DNA of 64,000 nucleotides from Yuukianura sp. NJ FZ-2021 (Eukaryota): NCBI GenBank assembly GCA_046563655.1, contig CM102287.1, positions 9,238,001 to 9,302,000 of the forward strand, read 5' to 3'. Shown piece by piece: positions 58,314 to 64,000 of this stretch (position 1 is its first letter; each line of letters starts with the position of its first letter). The notes under the pieces were generated by a model. It saw only the letters and a program-made list of their open reading frames with translations, ran no database searches and was not told where the DNA came from. The position numbers and the translations under genes were made by a program.

Positions 58314-60523
58314 ATGTTTTTCGAAATTTTGTCTACTTTGGGTCTTCTGCTGTTCTTGGTTTTTGTTTGGGCTGTTTGGTATGGGCGGAGGCAGTATGGA
58401 ATGCTGGACAACTGCGGATTTCCAGTAATTCCACCTACGCTGTTCCTCGGTAGTGATCCATACTTTTACAAAGATGTTCAACATTTCAAAGACATTCAAC
58501 GAGCCAAGGAATATGGACCAATTTGGGGAGTAAGTTTCTAAAAATAAAACAAAGATTCATGCTTGGTTACTCCACAAATAATTTTGAAAAATGAATTTTT
58601 TGGAATTTTTAAAATTCTCATAAATTAAGAAAACAGACTTCAGTGATTTTCTCAGCCTATCCTGACTTTTTCCAAAAGTCCTTCTGTGGAAAGTTAGAAG
58701 GTGTGATGTTGTTTTGAAAAAGCAATTTTTTTTGGAATTTTTAAAATTGTCATAAATTAGGAAAATACAATTTAGTGAATTTTTTTTGCCATAATTGTGA
58801 CTTTTTCCAAAAGGAAGACCGCTACCGCTAGAGCGGTAGATTTTTGTGAATTTGCTTCTTTTTTTGAAATTTTGAAACTGTTTTGTTTCAGTTGTATTTG
58901 GGTCAAAGTCCACAAGTATTTGTTGCTGATCCGGAGATGATTCGGTTAATAATGGTCAAAGACTATGATCACTTTCATAACAGAAGAGAAGCAGATTTGG
59001 GCAGCCCCATTATCAATGAAGTACTCGATTTCCTTCCTGGTATACTACCAAAACAAAAACAAAATTTGAAAAAAAAATTGAAAAAAAAATTCAAAGTTTT
59101 GAATTTGTGAGTTTAGGTGAAAAGTGGAGAACTGTGCGGTCAACGCTAAGGTACAAGCTCAATTTTAAGCTAAAGCTTTTTGGTTTAGTTTATGCTCAAC
59201 TTTTTAGTTTCTTTTCTCAAATGTATTTTCAAAATTTCGAAATTAATTTTTGTTCTAAATACAAAACAGCCCGCTATTTACGACAGCCAAGTTAAAGACC
59301 ATGACCGCTACGATGGATGCTCATGCGCAGGAGTACGTCGAAGATTTGAAGTTAGAATGCGGCCAAACAGGACGAATCAAATACAACTGTAAAATGTATT
59401 TACTCCAAATTTTTTCTAAAATTTTGAAAATATCTCTGTTCTCCGAAAAAATCTCGTTTTTTAAAATTTTAATACAGACGCTTAACAGCGTGGCTGATTG
59501 ACATGTTTGCACAGACTACACTCGGCATTCAGTTGGAAAACCGGAAAGATCCGGACAATAAATTCGCACTGGCATTTCGACAATTGATGGGAGAAGATTT
59601 GGAATACGGTTTACTCTATAGTTTGTCAAGTAAGAAAAAAAAGAGTCAAATTCAAGGTCAAAGGTCAAAAGGTCAACGTTTTTCTTTGGGATATTTCAGT
59701 GACGTTTCCATTTTTGACCAACTTGACGCCAACTTTTGACGATTCTCCGACCAAACTGATTGAAACGACATTTCGGCATATTTTGGACACACGTCGTCAC
59801 TCTTCCGAAAAGAAAGCGACACTTCAGAAAAGCGACTTTGTTGATGTTCTGAACGACATCATGTCAAAGGTCAACACAAAAGAGTTCAATGACCTTGGCA
59901 TTACTGAATCTACCGTAATCGCTCAAGCAGTGAACTTCTTTCTCGGTGGTTACGAAACTTCATCTACAACAATCAGTCACCTTTTCTACTACATCGCTCA
60001 AAATCCAGAAATTCAGGACCGTCTCTATGCAGAAATCGTGTCAACCTTCGGCACTAAAAAGGTGGATCACGATAGCATCAAAGAAGAAAATACTCCTTAC
60101 CTAACTGCCTGTTTAAACGAAAGCTTGCGATTGGCTCCTCCTCTGAGACCAGAACGGATTTGTACGAAAGACTGGACTTTTGGCGGGTACCGAATTCGAA
60201 AAGGCACAATTATAAATTTTCCTTTTTCGGCAACCCATAGAAATCCGAAACTTTTTTCGAATCCAGACGAATTCAAACCAGAACGGTTTCTAGCCGAAAA
60301 CAAATCGGAAATGAATCCATATGCAAATGGTGCATTCGGTTTTGGCCCTAGAAATTGTATTGGAATGAGATTTGCATATGACTCGATAAAAACGTTTTTA
60401 ATTCATTTCGTGCTTAACTTTAAAGTGGAACTGAGAAGCGATACGGTCCTGAACTACAAAAAGGGAAGTTTTCTATTGCTGAACTTTGACCCCCTATACT
60501 TGGATGTTGTGAAGCGCAACTAG
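58314..60523 (+). CDS. cytochrome P450, probably clan 3, multi-exon
   Basis: N-terminal TM anchor and PP hinge; KWRTVRSTL (33-nt micro-exon 59118-59150); FFLGGYETSS; ESLR; FKPERF; FGFGPRNCIG. Confidence 0.95.
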
Positions 60524-60600
60524 AAATCAAAGTCAATGCTTAAACAAAACACACAAGTAAAGTTATCTTGGTAGGAATCTAAATTTTTGAAAGCAACAGA

Positions 60601-60667
60601 CGATACGGCCCTGAATTATAAAAAAGTGTACTTTTTTCGGGATCCACTGTACTTGTGGTCAAAACGG
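60601..60667 (+). pseudogene. degenerate duplicate of the CYP 3' coding end
   Basis: CGATACGGCCCTGAATTATAAAAAAG...GATCCACTGTACTTG resembles 60439-60502 CGATACGGTCCTGAACTACAAAAAG...GACCCCCTATACTTG. Confidence 0.55.
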
Positions 60668-60753
60668 TTGCTTTAATTAAATTAAAACCAAAAACCGTGT
60701 TCGTTTATTGTTTCATTTCGTAGTGTTTAGAGGCATGATAAGTTTTGATGGAG

Positions 60754-60975
60754 TTAGGCCAATGCTCCGACATCCGGCACACCCCCCGTCCCCTTAACTG
60801 TCTTTTTAACGTCGGGAACGGCTCCGCCTCCGTCCTGGTCAGCTTTGGCTGTCGTCGTTTCTTCGCCGTCTCCTGATTTCGCTGTCGTCTCAGCCCCAGC
60901 GTCAGCTCCTGACAAAAACGTTAACACCAACGCCGTACCCAACACACAAAGCAAAAAAATCGAAATTTTGGACAT
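60754..60975 (-). CDS. small secreted Gly/Thr-rich peptide, 73 aa
   Basis: Signal peptide MSKISIFLLCVLGTALVLTFLSGADA; repeated ETT(T)AK and GG(A)VPDV; TATAAA on minus strand at 61035-61040. Confidence 0.7.
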   Translation of the reverse strand: MSKISIFLLCVLGTALVLTFLSGADAGAETTAKSGDGEETTTAKADQDGGGAVPDVKKTVKGTGGVPDVGALA

Positions 60976-61968
60976 TTTGAAACAGGCTCAAAAAACTTCC
61001 GGAGTCTGGCTTCAGTCTTACTGCTCAACACGGATTTATACTGCGACCAAGTTTCGCTAAATCCTCAAATTAAAACGATAAAAATTGCCGAACAATTAAA
61101 AACCTTGGAAAAATTTAGCGTAGAGTATTGTTATCGGAATTAGAAAGCAAATGCGATTTCATCGTCCTTGAAACGTGACTCAGTTTCATTGTTAATAGAC
61201 GGCGCGTGTCACTGAAAACGTCGTAAATTTTGACGAAATTAACAATTTTTGATGCATGCATAGCAAGGTTGCACTGAAAAAAAATGCAATTTTACTTCAC
61301 CAAACTACTCAGCACAAGGAGAAAGTTTTGCTTAGGTTTTCAATTTAAAGAATTTCAAGGGTAGCAAAACATGCTTCCATGTTTCTATTACTTATGTTTA
61401 AATCTGGATTTGGAACATTTTAAGACAAAGACAAGTACAATTAATATAATGTAATTGATTAAGTTAACTAAATATCATTTACAAGTTACAACCTGATTAC
61501 TGATTAGAGTGTATGTTTAGTCCGAGGCACACATGGGTTTTACAAACAAAGCCAATCGTCTTTTGACCTTTATCATTAGATTTAGTTCTACATGTATAAG
61601 CTAAACTTTATCTTAAAATTGAAATTTAAATGGAACCCATTGAAATTTTTTAAAAATGAAAGAACTAGGATTTATGTTTGATTATAGTATGAATAACTCA
61701 TAGAGATCTTTTGCTGAGGGTAGGCTTCCCAAGATTGAGCAGGAGTTTCCGCGTTGAACAGCTAGGCTTATCCGTTGTAGCAAAAAGGTCGTGGCTCGTT
61801 TATCTCCAGATGCTTCTGAAAGCCGATGTCCAATTTGTTTTTATCTTAAAATATAATTATATTATTAAAATTAACTTAATTAAAACTAAAAAGTTAGGCT
61901 AACATGTGATGAAGCAAAGACTAAATACCGGATCCGTGCTTACACGCCAACGTCGACAAAACGTTTGT

Positions 61969-63984
61969 TCAAAATACAAAATTCTCAGTAGCTGCATTCG
62001 GCAAACGTTCTTGTGACGATTGCTGGCCGTTAACATCAATGTCTATTTTGTACTGCTGGTCACCTACTTCAACTTTGTACTCGACCTGGGCAACTGAAGA
62101 TGATGATACTGGACCAGCATCCTCGTCAGCATCAGCCTGTACAGGTTCAGTATAGTTTCTTGTGTGATGTCGTTTGACATGTGCCTGGACATGATGTTTT
62201 TGTCGAAACGTTTCAAAACAGAATTCACACGCGAACGGTTTTATACCTTGGTGAATCAGCATGTGACGTCGGAGTGTGTCGCTGTTGGACAAAACCCGAA
62301 AGCATACTAGACATTTTGCTGGAACATGACTATAGTACTTGTCAGCTGATGATCGCAAAGGGTCCACAGTGGCTCTGGCTACAGGAACTCTGGATGTGCC
62401 GGTTCCGATTCCAAGTGAAGAATGAAATCGACTGATGTGCTTACTCAGATTAGTTTGGCGTTTAAAAGTCTTGTCACAAGTGGCACAAGGGTAAGACCGT
62501 CCTGGCTCTTGAGGTTGAACTACCAGCTTTGGATTGATCATGGCAGAAACGTTGAGATGTGGCATTGAGTCCGGTCTTGTGGAAGGATCATGAATCCGAA
62601 TAATGTGTCGCTTGAGATGTTTTTTCGTTTGAAATGTCTTGCCACACGCGGCACAGGCGTAGGGTTTAACACCGGCGTGTGTCAGCATGTGATTTTCGAG
62701 CTTGTTGTTACTGCTGACTAACTTGGCACAGACGGGACATCGAACATAAGCTAGTAGTGATAAGGGACTGGAGGAATTCGAAGATGAAAAGGAAGGAATT
62801 CGGAGTTGCGGTGGAGTTGATCTTAAAGTGTTCGTTTGTTTTACAGTTACTAGTGTTTTCTGCGGTTTGGGAATCACTGGTTCCTCAACGACAATAGGAT
62901 GTGGGATGTCGGGATCTTCGTAGTGATACTTTTTAGTGTGACGTTGGAGGTTGTCCTTCTTACGAAATCCGACGTTACAGCGGTCGCACCAAAATGGACC
63001 GAAGGGGTAGACTTGCCTTCGCACAGCTTCTTCTTTGCCTTCGAGTTTTTCTTTTGTGACTTTTTTATAAATTGATGGAACAAACTCTGGTTTGAGTGAC
63101 CCTGTTTTGAGTTGATTTTCTCCGTGGTTGTAAAAGATGTGGGCCTTGAGATGAGTCTTCTGAATCGCCCGGTACTTGCAAATGTGACACGCGTAAGGTT
63201 TTTCGCCAGTGTGCCTACCAAAATGGAAATGTTAGTTAGTCGCTTTCAGAAGCATCAAAAATACGTACCTCATCATGTGTCGTCTTAAACTGTCCTTGGT
63301 ACTCATTCGCTGATTGCAAACGGAACATGTTAGTTCCGGATTTGGGAGGACTAGGCTAGAGATTGAGTTGTTATTCATTCCTTCTCCTGACAATGATTCG
63401 TCACACTCGCACCTTGACACAAGTACTATTGGCAGCACTACTTCTACAGCTATTTGGTTGATTCCACTCCGTATGTCTCTATATCAATCAAACAGAAACA
63501 ACACCATTAGAGCAATCAATCACACCAGCATTTCACATTTATCTCTTACTCGCTCTTTACATGCTTGCTGATGTGTTCCGAAAGAGTAATGGGATTGTCC
63601 ACTAGAATTCGACATGCACTGCACTTGTACCAAATCTTACGTTCAACCTCTAGTTTCGGATATCCAACAGGTTCTGTTGGCAGGATACAGATACTGAAAT
63701 GTCCAACAAACAAAAATATCAAAAATTTTGCTTTTCATTAATTTATAACCATCACATAATGGCCAACAGAACAGAATCATGCAAAGCATAAATAAATTAT
63801 ACCTAACAACGTCTTTTGAATCGTCAATGCAAATTTCAGGCTCCATATTACCCTGGTCATCGAGTAACTGAAAGTAAAATTCGTCCGGATCCTGATGAGG
63901 CAGAGGCATATTGGGGTCATGGTCAATCTCGTTGTCCAGCAGGAACAAACCGCTTGAAGGCTCCACCAGAACAACGTCCTCCAT
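61969..63984 (-). CDS. C2H2 zinc-finger protein, 9 fingers, 4 exons (approx. 63984-63803, 63693-63550, 63477-63269, 63215-61969)
   Basis: Fingers CSAC, CSVC, CHIC, CDRC, CPVC, CAAC, CATC, CLVC, CEFC with HTGEKPY, HAGVKPY, HQGIKPF linkers; exons join in frame via phase-2 introns. Confidence 0.88.
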
Positions 63985-64000
63985 TTTGAATTTGATATCG

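Noticed and set aside
1..64000. tRNA, rRNA, transposase/RT ORFs or horizontally acquired bacterial genes
   Set aside because: None recognised by eye; all long genes have spliceosomal introns or animal-type domains. tRNAscan-SE/Infernal were not run.

Overview
Eukaryotic genomic DNA with short GT-AG introns. The gene content (Snail, clip-domain proteins, pacifastin-like peptides, GR-like receptors) indicates an arthropod; a springtail-like hexapod is my inference, not shown by the sequence. The window has two halves. (1) 1-26.9 kb holds the main exon of a Snail/escargot-family zinc-finger repressor (one G missing in a homopolymer, probably an assembly error), followed by a ~25-kb gene desert. 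The desert is saturated with a palindromic, ~10-bp-periodic motif (GGGCCCTTAAGGGCCC-like) that nearly vanishes in the other half, and also carries many CAGGTG E-boxes and two perfect 25-27-bp inverted repeats. (2) 26.9-64 kb is gene-dense: SDCCAG8, a kraken/SERHL-like hydrolase lacking its catalytic Ser, a cytosolic 5'-nucleotidase-family gene, six tandem pacifastin-like genes interrupted by a DINE-1/HINE-like element with a 59-bp minisatellite, a clip-domain serine protease homolog, two orphan genes, two GR-like receptors, three small secreted peptides (one clip-only), an RCC1-like gene, a clan-3 CYP and a 9-finger C2H2 gene. The two most novel-looking items are a hand-assembled 7-exon gene encoding signal peptide + propeptide + RAKR + cystine knot + profilin-like domain (a secreted knottin-profilin fusion), and the domain-restricted AAGGGCCCTT signature over the Snail locus. 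All gene models were assembled by eye; no searches were run.
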